Below, one piece after another: positions 47,129 to 56,904 of a stretch of 64,000 bases of DNA (within the stretch, counting starts at the first letter, position 1; each line of letters opens with the position of its first letter). The position numbers and the translations under genes are program-made. The notes below the pieces were generated by a model, which made no database searches, was not told the origin of the DNA, and saw nothing but the letters and a program-made list of their open reading frames with translations. The stretch comes from an uncultured Candidatus Saccharibacteria bacterium (GTDB lineage: Bacteria > Patescibacteriota > Minisyncoccia > Portnoybacterales > UBA2143), in the NCBI GenBank assembly GCA_964594155.1, contig CAZQLH010000001.1, forward strand, positions 74,132 to 138,131. Direction: 5' to 3'.

Positions 47129-48112
47129 ATGAAAAAACGAATCTTTAGCGGTGTTCGACCAAGCGGATCAATTCACATTGGCAATTATTTAGGCGCGATT
47201 AAAAACTGGGTTGAAATTCAGAAAAAGCATGATTCTGTTTTTTGCATTGTTGATTTGCATGCCTTAACTACTTCTTATCAACCTAAAGAATTAACAAAAA
47301 ATACTTTGGGAACAGCTGCTGCTTATTTAGCTCTTGGACTTGATCCTAAAAAAAATATAATCTTTATTCAATCGCATGTTCCAGAACATACTGAAATGAC
47401 CTGGCTGTTAAACACTATTGTTAAAATCCAAGAACTGCAACGAATGACGCAATTTAAAGATAAATCCAAAGAAAAACCGTTTAATATTAATGCTGGTCTT
47501 TTAAATTATCCAGTTTTAATGGCAGCTGATATTTTATTATACAACACAGATGTTGTTCCAGTTGGCCAAGACCAAAAACAGCATGTTGAATTAGCAAGAA
47601 CCTTAGCGCGCAGATTTAACCGGCTTTATGGAAAAACCTTAACTGTGCCTGACGTTTTAATCAAAAAAGAAGGAGCTAAGATTATGCGCCTTGATAATCC
47701 TTTGAAAAAAATGGCTAAAAGCGCTGCTAATCCATACAATGCTATTGCTTTAACTGACTCGCCTGCTTTAATTAAAGACAAAGTTAAAAAAGCTGTAACT
47801 GATTCTGGAAAAGAAATAAAATACAATTCCAAAAAACCAGCTATTGCTAATTTAATGGCTATTTATCATTGTTTTTCTGAAATGTCTTTTAATGAAATTG
47901 AGAATAAGTATAAAAATAAAAACTATGCTGATTTTAAGAAAGATTTAGCTGATATAATTATCAAAGGATTAGCTTCATTCCAGAAAAAGAAAAAAGATCT
48001 GGAAAAGAATCCAGATCAGATTAAGAAAATCTTAGACAATGGAGCTAAACAAGCGCAAACTATTGCTCAGAAAACATTAAAAGATGTTAAAAAGAAAATG
48101 GGATTGATTTAA
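47129..48112 (+). CDS. trpS: Tryptophan--tRNA ligase
   Basis: Start moved to ATG 47129 (AAGGAGG SD); HIGN, YPVLMAADIL, VPVGQDQ and KMAKS motifs. Confidence 0.97.
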   Translation: MKKRIFSGVRPSGSIHIGNYLGAIKNWVEIQKKHDSVFCIVDLHALTTSYQPKELTKNTLGTAAAYLALGLDPKKNIIFIQSHVPEHTEMTWLLNTIVKIQELQRMTQFKDKSKEKPFNINAGLLNYPVLMAADILLYNTDVVPVGQDQKQHVELARTLARRFNRLYGKTLTVPDVLIKKEGAKIMRLDNPLKKMAKSAANPYNAIALTDSPALIKDKVKKAVTDSGKEIKYNSKKPAIANLMAIYHCFSEMSFNEIENKYKNKNYADFKKDLADIIIKGLASFQKKKKDLEKNPDQIKKILDNGAKQAQTIAQKTLKDVKKKMGLI

Positions 48113-48119
48113 TCCCAAT

Positions 48120-48136
48120 TCAAGGACTGTCCTTAA
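48120..48136. repeat. Monomer of the REPIN unit (TCAAGGAC-T-GTCCTTAA)
   Basis: Same 13-bp AAGGACNGTCCTT dyad and TC/AA flanks as 18802-18865. Confidence 0.65.
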
Positions 48137-48149
48137 AAAAAGCTATTTT

Positions 48150-48926
48150 TTATTTACTTTCAAAATACTCCAGTAAAAACCCGACTAACAATTCCCCGCC
48201 TAATTCATCTAATTTGGGCTCAATAAAATACTCTGCCTTAACCCTGTCTGATTTTACAGAAACGCCTTTTCCAATCTGTAACATCTCCTCATCATTATAA
48301 TTATTCCCAGTAGTCATAATTTGTTTTGGTTTAATATTAAGTTTTTCAGCCAAATTACTAATTGCCTTGCCCTTAGACATTTCTTTACTGCCAATATCAT
48401 AACCTTCATTAGTCCAAAGGCAATACAAACTATCTTTAGATGTTTCTTTAACTAAATTAGGTATTTCTTCCATTTGCTCGCAATGCACAGTTAGAATAAA
48501 CAGCTTTGGCTCAAATCCCCTAATTCTTGAATCGTTCTTTTTCATTTCTTTAATCTTTTCTTTCAAATCTCTTAATTGATCAAAATACTCATCTGGATAT
48601 ACTGGATGAGTTATTTTATTATTCAGCCAAGTAATATTGCCGTTTTCCGCTTGAAGAACGGTTTGTTTGTCAAAAATCTCATTAACTAAACTTTTAAGAT
48701 AAAGAATATTCCTGCCTGAAGAAAAATTAATCCGAATATATTTTTCAAGCTTTTTTAAATTTTCTATAAACTCTTGTGAAATCTGTTTTGATTTTATAAA
48801 CAATTCTGTGCCATCTTGGTTCTCTCTTAATTCAGTGCCTACTGGAATAATCACCCCGTCAATATCAAAAGTAACTACCTTAATATTATCTAATTCTTCT
48901 TTTGTAATTTCTTTAATATTTTTCAT
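48150..48926 (-). CDS. HAD superfamily hydrolase (IIB-like)
   Basis: FDIDG motif I, SGR, ENG, SKG and GNNYND motifs. Confidence 0.85.
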   Translation of the reverse strand: MKNIKEITKEELDNIKVVTFDIDGVIIPVGTELRENQDGTELFIKSKQISQEFIENLKKLEKYIRINFSSGRNILYLKSLVNEIFDKQTVLQAENGNITWLNNKITHPVYPDEYFDQLRDLKEKIKEMKKNDSRIRGFEPKLFILTVHCEQMEEIPNLVKETSKDSLYCLWTNEGYDIGSKEMSKGKAISNLAEKLNIKPKQIMTTGNNYNDEEMLQIGKGVSVKSDRVKAEYFIEPKLDELGGELLVGFLLEYFESK

Positions 48927-48944
48927 AAGTATATTATAACATAA

Positions 48945-50123
48945 CTATCCAAACATTAAAATTTCCGGCCTGAAGATTAAAAGCAGGCCAAGAATGAAAA
49001 TTAGCAAACCGCCGATTAATGTGCTCCATTTGATATATTTATCTGTAAAGCCAATCTGACTTAAAGTTATTACTGCTATTCCAAAAATAATTAAGTCGTC
49101 TATCATGAAAATAAAAGTGTATAGTAAAAGATACGAATAATAACTAAGAGAACTTAATTCATTTAATGACAATATTCGGGTATAAATAGCTGGCAAGCCA
49201 GCTGAACAGAAAAACTCAATTAAATTAACTCCTAAAGCTAATGCAATAATTCCAAGTAAAGTAGCTGGCAAGGCGCTTGACTGAACTACTTGCTTAGCTT
49301 TTTCTGTTAATTTTTCTTGTCTTTTGCCGCCTGCTGGCGCTACTTCGCAAGTTCCAGGCTTGTAAAGGGTAAAATTCCTAATTTGCCAAATACCAGCTCC
49401 TAAGGCAATTATGCCAATGATTATTCTAGTTAATCCAACATAACTAATAGCTAAGAATAAATTAAGCCAAGCTGTTAAAAGTAGATAATAAACTACACCT
49501 GAGGCAAGAATGAAAGTTCCGCCTACTAACCACATTTTCTTCCGAGATTTAACATTAATTAACAAAGCAATCAAGAAAAGCAAAACCCACATAGCGCAAG
49601 GATTAAATCCATCCAAAGCTGCCAATATTACAGTTAAAACCGGTAAAGATAATTTAGAAAGATTAATTTGCCCGATAATAGGATAATTAATAATTTCATC
49701 CTTTTTTTCTTTTTTCTCACACTTTAATTTTTCTAAAGGATTAAAACATTCTTTTGTTAAACAATTTAAAACTGCTTCTTCAATAGCTTTACCAGTAGTT
49801 TCATCATTTAAATAACCAATAATTGCTTCATCTCCGATAAATATAGCTGGAACTCTAACCACTTCTTCTTCTCCGCAAGATTTAAGAAATTCAAGCAATA
49901 ATTTAGCATTATCCTTATTACTATAAACTTCATATGTATTTATTTTAATTGAAGGATATCTTTCCTGAAGATCTTTTAAAAAAACTGCTGGTTTTTTGCA
50001 ATGAGGACAAGTACTGCCATAGAAGAAATGAATTTCTACTTGATTATCTTCTTGAGCAAAAGCAAAATTAGCTAGGCCTAAAAAAACAAACGATATTAAA
50101 ATTAAAACAATAAATTTTTTCAT
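48945..50123 (-). CDS. Thioredoxin/glutaredoxin domain fused to a CcdA/DsbD-like membrane domain
   Basis: Signal peptide, CPHC, DGFNPCAMW and EFFCS within TM segments. Confidence 0.82.
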   Translation of the reverse strand: MKKFIVLILISFVFLGLANFAFAQEDNQVEIHFFYGSTCPHCKKPAVFLKDLQERYPSIKINTYEVYSNKDNAKLLLEFLKSCGEEEVVRVPAIFIGDEAIIGYLNDETTGKAIEEAVLNCLTKECFNPLEKLKCEKKEKKDEIINYPIIGQINLSKLSLPVLTVILAALDGFNPCAMWVLLFLIALLINVKSRKKMWLVGGTFILASGVVYYLLLTAWLNLFLAISYVGLTRIIIGIIALGAGIWQIRNFTLYKPGTCEVAPAGGKRQEKLTEKAKQVVQSSALPATLLGIIALALGVNLIEFFCSAGLPAIYTRILSLNELSSLSYYSYLLLYTFIFMIDDLIIFGIAVITLSQIGFTDKYIKWSTLIGGLLIFILGLLLIFRPEILMFG

Positions 50124-50133
50124 AGTTAATTCT

Positions 50134-50195
50134 AAGGAACGTCCTTAAAATATACGTCCTTTTGCATAAGGACGTATATTTTAAGGACGTTCCTT
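50134..50195. repeat. 62-bp REPIN-like palindrome, copy 2
   Basis: Arms identical to 5783-5844; loop TTGCAT; 3 nt past the mnmA stop. Confidence 0.95.
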
Positions 50196-50198
50196 GAT

Positions 50199-51278
50199 TC
50201 ATTCCTTGATTTCCCCACCACCAAGACAAATATCCCCTTGATAAAAAACCGCCCATTGGCCCGGAGTAATTGCTTTTTGCGGATTATCAAAAACTAATTT
50301 CTTGCCTCTTAGATAAAGCTTAGCTGGAGACAATGATTGATTAAAACGCGTCTTAGCTTCAACTTTAATTGCTTTTTTTGGCGCTTGACCAGAAATAAAA
50401 TGAGGTTTGGAAATAATAATTGTTTTTTTAAAAAGACCTAAGTCATCTTCCTGATTAGTAACAATAAGCTGATTTTTTTTCCTATTAAAACCAATCACCC
50501 ACCAGGGACCGCCTGGAACTGTAATTCCCCGGCGCTGGCCAATGGTATAAAAATGCAACCCTTGATGCTGGCCTAAAACATTATTTTCCTGATCAATAAT
50601 TTCTCCTGATTCAAAGCCGATTTCTTCTTCTAAATAAGAAGTTATTGATTGCTTAGCCACAAAACAAAGATCCTGGCTCTGCTTTATCTTGCTGAAAAAA
50701 TCAAGGCCTTCTTTTTTAGCTATCTTATAAACATGCTCTTTTGTATATCCTCCTAATGGAAAAACTATATTCTTCAACTGTTTCTGAGTTAAAAGACAAA
50801 GAAAATAGCTTTGATCTTTTCTTTCATCTTTTCCTCTAAGAAGTTCATATTTCTTTGTTTCTTTATTCTCTCTTACTCGAGCATAATGACCAGTAGCTAC
50901 ATACTTAATCCCCTTTTTCTTAGCAAAATCAAATAGCTTATTAAATTTTACCAAGCGATTGCAAACCAAACAAGGATTAGGAGTTTTCTTTTCTTTAAGA
51001 ACTCTTAAAAAATATCCAATTACTTTTTCTTTAAAATCAAGTTGCTCATCAATGATATAATATGGGACTTTTAGTTTTTGGCAAATTTCTTTGGCAATAC
51101 TAAACGATTCTGCTGAACAGCAAACATTTTCTCTAAGAATATTTCTTTTATTCTCCCAAATAGAATATTTTAATGAAACGCCAATTGGCTGATATCCTTG
51201 TTTTTTTAACAATAACAAAGAAATCGAGGAATCAACCCCGCCTGACAAGCCAACAACTATTTTTTTTGATTTCTTCAT
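50199..51278 (-). CDS. mnmA: tRNA 2-thiouridylase MnmA
   Basis: SGGVDS, TPNPC..CN, ATGHY, KDQSYFL, SQDLCF, YTIGQR and TPGQ motifs. Confidence 0.97.
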   Translation of the reverse strand: MKKSKKIVVGLSGGVDSSISLLLLKKQGYQPIGVSLKYSIWENKRNILRENVCCSAESFSIAKEICQKLKVPYYIIDEQLDFKEKVIGYFLRVLKEKKTPNPCLVCNRLVKFNKLFDFAKKKGIKYVATGHYARVRENKETKKYELLRGKDERKDQSYFLCLLTQKQLKNIVFPLGGYTKEHVYKIAKKEGLDFFSKIKQSQDLCFVAKQSITSYLEEEIGFESGEIIDQENNVLGQHQGLHFYTIGQRRGITVPGGPWWVIGFNRKKNQLIVTNQEDDLGLFKKTIIISKPHFISGQAPKKAIKVEAKTRFNQSLSPAKLYLRGKKLVFDNPQKAITPGQWAVFYQGDICLGGGEIKE

Positions 51279-51279
51279 A

Positions 51280-52542
51280 TTATTCCTTTCTCATTGCCTC
51301 AACTGGGCTTAATTTGGCTGCTTTGCGAGCTGGATAAATGCCAAAAATTAATCCAATAGCCATAGAAACAAAGAAAGCAAGTATAATAGCCAGCCAAGAA
51401 ACATCCACTGGCCAACTGCTTAATCCTTGTGATCTAGCTACAAAGCTGCCTATTAGAAAATTACCAATTCCTAAAACAATTCCAATTACTCCGCCTAAAA
51501 CAGTAATAATTAAACTTTCAATCAAAAACTGCCAAAGAATATTTTTCTTAGTTGCGCCTAATGACTTTCGCAATCCAATTTCATGAGTTCTCTCGCTAAC
51601 TGAAACCAGCATAATATTCATAATGCCGATTCCGCCGACTAATAAGGAAATAGCCGCTAAAAATCCCAATAAAAGATTTAAAATAATACTTATTTCCTGA
51701 ACCTTGCTGATAACTTCCTCCATAGTAGTAATCTGGAAATCATCTTTGGTTGGATCTTTAATATTATGATGACGGCGGAGCATTTGAGAAATTTCCTCAA
51801 TTGCCTGAACAGAATAGCTTTCATCTTTAATGGTTAAAATTATCTCTAATAGATAATCAATTCCTAAAACCTCTTTAAGAGTTGTATTAATAGGAACATA
51901 CATAAAATCATTCATATCAACTCCGCCAAATGAAAAGCCTCCCATTGGCTCTAAGGCGCCAACAATTTTAAAGCTTTGACCCTTTAGCTTAATTTTCTTG
52001 CCTATGGGATCTGCTAACCCAAAAAACTCTTCAGCTAAATTACTGCCTAAAACAGCTACTTTAGCTAATGTCTCATCTTCTGTGTCAGTAAAAAAACGTC
52101 CTTTATCTATTTTAGCTGTCTTCATTACCAAGGGAAAATCAGCATTAGCTCCAAAAAGCAAAACTTTTTTTTCTTTATCCCTGTAAACAGCCCATTCTTG
52201 GGCAAAAGTTTCTCCAGTTACTGCTTCAATATATGGAAATCTTTCTTTATCTTTAAGCGCTTTAATGTCTTTTATCTTAAGAGTTGTTATCTTGATTCCC
52301 TGCATTATGGAAATAGCTGATCCAACTTCGCTTGCTTCCGGCACTTTAACTGCAATATCAAGTATTCCTGGGCCAAATGCTTCAATCTCATTAGTAACAA
52401 AACCTTTTAAGCTTTGCCCTAATGAAAGAATAATTACCACAGCTGATACTCCAATAACAATTCCTAAAATAGAAAAGAAACTGCGCAGTTTATTCGCCTT
52501 TAGAGCAATAATTGATTGTTTGATAATGGAAAAAAGATTCAT
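51280..52542 (-). CDS. MacB/FtsX-like ABC transporter permease
   Basis: Start moved to ATG 52542; RS...LGIVIGV, VGGIGIMNIM.VSV.ERT.EIG and PARKAA motifs. Confidence 0.93.
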   Translation of the reverse strand: MNLFSIIKQSIIALKANKLRSFFSILGIVIGVSAVVIILSLGQSLKGFVTNEIEAFGPGILDIAVKVPEASEVGSAISIMQGIKITTLKIKDIKALKDKERFPYIEAVTGETFAQEWAVYRDKEKKVLLFGANADFPLVMKTAKIDKGRFFTDTEDETLAKVAVLGSNLAEEFFGLADPIGKKIKLKGQSFKIVGALEPMGGFSFGGVDMNDFMYVPINTTLKEVLGIDYLLEIILTIKDESYSVQAIEEISQMLRRHHNIKDPTKDDFQITTMEEVISKVQEISIILNLLLGFLAAISLLVGGIGIMNIMLVSVSERTHEIGLRKSLGATKKNILWQFLIESLIITVLGGVIGIVLGIGNFLIGSFVARSQGLSSWPVDVSWLAIILAFFVSMAIGLIFGIYPARKAAKLSPVEAMRKE

Positions 52543-52552
52543 GATATCAAGC

Positions 52553-52583
52553 CGCAATTCGGCTATCGGATAGCCGAATTGCG
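52553..52583. repeat. 31-bp perfect palindrome between two permease genes
   Basis: CGCAATTCGGCTATC-G-GATAGCCGAATTGCG. Confidence 0.85.
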
Positions 52584-52585
52584 AA

Positions 52586-53818
52586 TTACTCGTAACGCAA
52601 CGCCTCAATTGGATTTAATTTAGAAGCGCGATTAGCCGGCCAAAGTCCGAATATTAAGCCAACAATAACAGCAACTGTTGTAGAAAGAATAACAGAAAAA
52701 GGCGTCACAATAAATCGCCAGTCATAGTCAAAATAATTAACTCCAATAGATATAACCAAGGCAATCAAAATTCCTAAAACAACACCTATTATTCCTCCGA
52801 TTAAAGTCATAATAGCGCTTTCTATTAAAAACTGGATTAAAATATCTTTTCTTCTGGCGCCAATTGCCTTGCGCAAGCCAATCTCTCTGGTTCTTTCATT
52901 AACTGCTACAAACATAATATTCATAATGCCGATTCCGCCGACTAATAAAGAAATAGCTGCTACAGCTACTAAAAACATTTTAAGCGCTTGAGTAATTGAT
53001 CCTAAAATATCCAAAGCTTGAGCAGTGCTTTTAACTCCAAAATCATCTTTAGCTGGATCTTTAATATGATGTTGATAACGAATAGTTGATTTAACTTGGC
53101 TAATAGTCAAGTTAATATTTTCTGGCTTATCAATTTTGGCTCGAATAAATGTTAAATGATCAACTCCTAAAAGAAGTTTTTGGGCTGTTTTCAAAGGAAC
53201 AAAAACCTGTTCATCTTGATTTTGAAAAGTAACCACTCCTCTTTCTTTCATAACGCCAACAACTTTAAAACTAACTTGATTTATTTTAATTCTTTTATTT
53301 ATAGCGCTATCTTGACCAAATAATTTTTCTTTAACACTACTACCTAAAACAACTACCCTGTCCATTCCATTAACTTCTTCTGGTTTTATAAACCGGCCTG
53401 ATTCAACCGATGTGTCTTCAACTGATGTATATCCCGAAGTAACGCCAGTATAATCAAAATTCTTTGATTTGTTAAAATAACTTATTGTGCCTTGTCCTTT
53501 AATATATGAACAAACTGCCACAATGTGTGACAGTTCTTCTATTGCCAAAGCATCTTCATGTTTAAGAGTGGTTATTTCAATGCCAAAAGCAGAAGCTGGC
53601 GGACCAGCTTCATCAGCAGCTCCTGGCAAAACACCTATTAGATTGCTTCCCATTGCGCTAACTTGGGATAAAAGCAAATCCTGAGCGCTTGCTCCCACTG
53701 CCATAATTGAAATTACTGCGGCTACGCCAATAACAATTCCCAGCATTGTCAAAAAAGAACGGCTCTTTTGTAATAATAAATTATCAAAAGTTAATTTTAA
53801 AACATTAAATAGATACAT
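52586..53818 (-). CDS. MacB/FtsX-like ABC transporter permease
   Basis: RSFLTMLGIVIGV, GGIGIMNIM and PIEALRYE motifs. Confidence 0.94.
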   Translation of the reverse strand: MYLFNVLKLTFDNLLLQKSRSFLTMLGIVIGVAAVISIMAVGASAQDLLLSQVSAMGSNLIGVLPGAADEAGPPASAFGIEITTLKHEDALAIEELSHIVAVCSYIKGQGTISYFNKSKNFDYTGVTSGYTSVEDTSVESGRFIKPEEVNGMDRVVVLGSSVKEKLFGQDSAINKRIKINQVSFKVVGVMKERGVVTFQNQDEQVFVPLKTAQKLLLGVDHLTFIRAKIDKPENINLTISQVKSTIRYQHHIKDPAKDDFGVKSTAQALDILGSITQALKMFLVAVAAISLLVGGIGIMNIMFVAVNERTREIGLRKAIGARRKDILIQFLIESAIMTLIGGIIGVVLGILIALVISIGVNYFDYDWRFIVTPFSVILSTTVAVIVGLIFGLWPANRASKLNPIEALRYE

Positions 53819-53820
53819 AA

Positions 53821-54537
53821 TTATTTCTCCAAACCATCTTTAGCTGCATGCTGATTAGCTACTCTTTGATCAGAAATAATTTGACCGTCTTTTAAGATTA
53901 TAATCCGTCGGGCGCATTCAGCCACATATTTTTCATGAGTAACCATTAAAATAGTATGGCCTTCTTCATTTAAATCCTGTAAAACTTCCATTACTTCCTG
54001 GCCTGATTTGCTGTCTAAATTACCAGTTGGCTCATCAGCTAAAATTAAGCGCGGTTGATTAATTAAAGCCCTTACAATTGCCACTCTTTGCTGTTCTCCT
54101 CCAGAAAGCTGATTAGGATGATGATTAACCCTATGAGACAAACCTACTTTATCTAAAAGCTGCCTAGCTTTTTCTTCAACTTCTTTTTTGTCTATATCTG
54201 GAGTATAAATGGTTGGCAAAAGAACATTATCTAAAACAGAAGTTCTAGCCAAAAGATTATATGATTGAAAGATAAAACCAACTCTTTGATTTCTAATTTG
54301 AGCTAATTTATCATCATCAAACTCATTTATATCCTCATTATCAAAAAAATACTCGCCAGATGTTGCCCTGTCTAAAAATCCAATTATATGCATTAAGGTT
54401 GATTTTCCTGAACCAGAAGAACCCATTACCGCGATAAACCCTCCTTGCTTAATATCAAAAGAAACCCCGCGTAAAGCCGGGGTAACTAATTCTTCATTAA
54501 CATAATCCTTGGTAATATTTTCTAATTTTATAAGCAT
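53821..54537 (-). CDS. ABC transporter ATP-binding protein (LolD/MacB-like)
   Basis: GSSGSGKST, LSGGEQQRV and LADEPTGNLD motifs. Confidence 0.96.
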   Translation of the reverse strand: MLIKLENITKDYVNEELVTPALRGVSFDIKQGGFIAVMGSSGSGKSTLMHIIGFLDRATSGEYFFDNEDINEFDDDKLAQIRNQRVGFIFQSYNLLARTSVLDNVLLPTIYTPDIDKKEVEEKARQLLDKVGLSHRVNHHPNQLSGGEQQRVAIVRALINQPRLILADEPTGNLDSKSGQEVMEVLQDLNEEGHTILMVTHEKYVAECARRIIILKDGQIISDQRVANQHAAKDGLEK

Positions 54538-54556
54538 CTAATTTAATATATATCCC

Positions 54557-54636
54557 TAAACGAATATTCTGAAATTTTTGAGACGCGTCGGAGCCCTTTA
54601 GGGTAAAGCGCGAATAAATTTTAGAATATGAGTTTA
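54557..54636. repeat. 80-bp imperfect inverted-repeat element inside the ABC operon
   Basis: TAAACGAATATTCTGAAATTT pairs with AAATTTTAGAATATGAGTTTA; GC-rich apex CCCT-TT-AGGG. Confidence 0.65.
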
Positions 54637-54647
54637 ATAAATTTATT

Positions 54648-56261
54648 CTATCTCTCTATAATCACTTCTTCGTTCTCTCCTAATCCGCTAAGAATTTCTA
54701 CTCTTGTTTCTCCTTCTAATCCAGTGGCTATTGTTTTTTCTTTTCTCTTTCCATTTTCAATAACTACAACATATTTCCGCCCATTTGTTTCTTTAATGCT
54801 GTAATAAGGCAGATATAAAATATTTTCTTTTTTATCTGTTTCAATATCTAAATTAACTGTCATGCCTGATTTAATCCTTTCATCTTCTGCGTCAAAAATA
54901 GAAGTTGCTTTATAGTAAATTACCCCAGAAACAATTGTTTCAGCTGGATTAATTTTAATAATCTTGCCAGTAAATTTTTCATCCGGACCTAAAGCATCTA
55001 AGGTCATATCTATTTTATCCCCTAAATTAACTTTAGCAATTTCTGTTTCTGAAATATTAGCTTCAATTTGGAAATTGCTTGTGCTAATCATTGAAACAAT
55101 TATTGAATTAGCTTGGGCTGTTTCTCCTTCTTCCTTTTCTATAACAGTAATAATTCCGTTAGTTGGAGCTTTTAAAATAGTTTTATTTATTTTTTCATAA
55201 ATCTGAAGCACATTTGCCTGAGCTTGATTAACTTCAGCTTGAGCTAAATCAATATCAGTTTGCCTAGGGCCGGCTTTTTTCAAAACTAATTCATCTTGAG
55301 CTTTTTTTAGATTGGTTTTAGTTGTATCTAAATTAGCTTCAGCTGTATTAATATTTGTCTGATTAGTTATTTTAGTTGAGCTAATTGATTGTTCAGCTGA
55401 AGTTAAATTAACCAATTGATTATCAATACTAGCTCTTTCTGTATCAATATTTGTTTCATCAGCTGAAGAAACTGAATTGCTGACGCTTGGATCATCTAAA
55501 GCTGCCCTTAAATAAGCCAAAGCATTTCTAGCGCTAATAACAGCTGTTTTCATCGCGTCTAAAGCTGAATCAATATTGCTATGCGTAGGATTGTTATCAG
55601 CTACATCTAAATAATCTTCAGCTATAGATAAATCGTTTTGAGCTACGCTTTCTTTGCTTTTAACAGCAATAGATAATTGGCTGCTGCCATTAAAATAGTT
55701 TTTTCTAACTCCAGCAAAAATTATTAATAAGGCCTGATCAGTTACTGTATAAGCTGTCTTAACAGTATCTAAAGCGTCTTCATAAGAAGCATCCAAATCA
55801 TTATCTGCGTCAGCTTGCGCGTCAATCAATGCCTGCTCTTTATTAGATACTTCTATTTGAGCATTATCAACTGCTGTTTGATAAACTTGAATATCTTCTG
55901 GCCTGCTGCCAGCTAAAGTTTGAGCTAATTTTGCTTGAGCAATATCTAAAGCTGCTTGATTAGATTTAAGCTGAGCGTTTAATTCACCTGTATTTAATCT
56001 AATTAAAACCTGATTAGTTGAAACTCTATCGCCAACTTTTGTTTCAATCCTGCTTATTTTCCCCTGATTCTCAAATTGTAAATCTATTTGCTTGGCTGGA
56101 ATAACTGTGCCAGTAACTGAAACATTCTGAATAACATCTCCTTTAGAAACAACTTCTGTGGTATATGGCAGTTCTTTTTCTCCAAAAATTCCCTGATAGG
56201 CAAAATAAAGGCCGATGAAAACAATAATAATACTGATAATAATAATTATTTTCTTTTTCAT
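54648..56261 (-). CDS. Efflux periplasmic adaptor (HlyD/MacA-like) with long coiled coil
   Basis: N-terminal TM; V.VGD.V, LKAP..G.I, ISETEI and EILSGL..NE.V motifs. Confidence 0.9.
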   Translation of the reverse strand: MKKKIIIIISIIIVFIGLYFAYQGIFGEKELPYTTEVVSKGDVIQNVSVTGTVIPAKQIDLQFENQGKISRIETKVGDRVSTNQVLIRLNTGELNAQLKSNQAALDIAQAKLAQTLAGSRPEDIQVYQTAVDNAQIEVSNKEQALIDAQADADNDLDASYEDALDTVKTAYTVTDQALLIIFAGVRKNYFNGSSQLSIAVKSKESVAQNDLSIAEDYLDVADNNPTHSNIDSALDAMKTAVISARNALAYLRAALDDPSVSNSVSSADETNIDTERASIDNQLVNLTSAEQSISSTKITNQTNINTAEANLDTTKTNLKKAQDELVLKKAGPRQTDIDLAQAEVNQAQANVLQIYEKINKTILKAPTNGIITVIEKEEGETAQANSIIVSMISTSNFQIEANISETEIAKVNLGDKIDMTLDALGPDEKFTGKIIKINPAETIVSGVIYYKATSIFDAEDERIKSGMTVNLDIETDKKENILYLPYYSIKETNGRKYVVVIENGKRKEKTIATGLEGETRVEILSGLGENEEVIIER

Positions 56262-56265
56262 AAGG

Positions 56266-56763
56266 TTATCTAATCGCTCTTAAAAATGGCTGAATTATTT
56301 TATCAACAAATTCCAAACAGCTTTCTCTGTCTATGTAAAACCAGCCAATAAAACCCAGAATTAAAACAAGAATTAATATTCCTAAAAATGAACGGCTGAT
56401 AAAAAGGCGGAATATTTTGCTAATCCAAAGTTTTCTTTCTGATTTTTCCATTTTATCTAATTTTCTTTCCAAGCTGAAATCATAATACTTATAAAATTCA
56501 ACTTTGTCAATTAAAAATTTCTTTAGATTGTTTTGATAAAACCTGCTATCAGGATTTTGCTCTAACAACAATAAAAGACCAGCAAATTTAATTGCTTCTG
56601 TATTATCAATATTCTCTAAAATTATTTTAATTTCAGAAGACCATTGAAACCATTTGGTCTTATCTTCTTTTAATGAATCTAAAAGCTCTTTTCTGCTTTC
56701 TATTTCAAGAAACTTTTTAGAAAGCTTTTCTAATTTTTTAACTAATTTTTTCTTAGAAAACAT
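56266..56763 (-). CDS. Hypothetical protein with C-terminal TM
   Basis: 165-aa ORF preceded by an extended -10-like TGGTAAAAT. Confidence 0.65.
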   Translation of the reverse strand: MFSKKKLVKKLEKLSKKFLEIESRKELLDSLKEDKTKWFQWSSEIKIILENIDNTEAIKFAGLLLLLEQNPDSRFYQNNLKKFLIDKVEFYKYYDFSLERKLDKMEKSERKLWISKIFRLFISRSFLGILILVLILGFIGWFYIDRESCLEFVDKIIQPFLRAIR

Positions 56764-56833
56764 AATGCTATTATTTTACCATAATTATAAATTAATTGAA
56801 AGATTAAAAGGCCTTACACATTGCCAAATTAAT

Positions 56834-56862
56834 TTGACAAATATAATTATATTTAATATAAT
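56834..56862 (+). promoter_or_regulatory. Consensus sigma70 promoter
   Basis: TTGACA(56834-56839)-N17-TATAAT(56857-56862). Confidence 0.75.
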
Positions 56863-56904
56863 AATATTAGTTTTTATAATAATTAATAAAAAAGGAGGGG
56901 GAAA

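Noticed and set aside
50068-50256. 62-aa ORF spanning the REPIN copy
   Set aside because: Overlaps two real genes out of frame; arises from the palindrome.
52543-52608. N-terminal extension MRRCVTSNSQFGYPIAELRLDI of the permease
   Set aside because: Overlaps the upstream gene and palindrome; ATG 52542 matches the start position of the paralogue.
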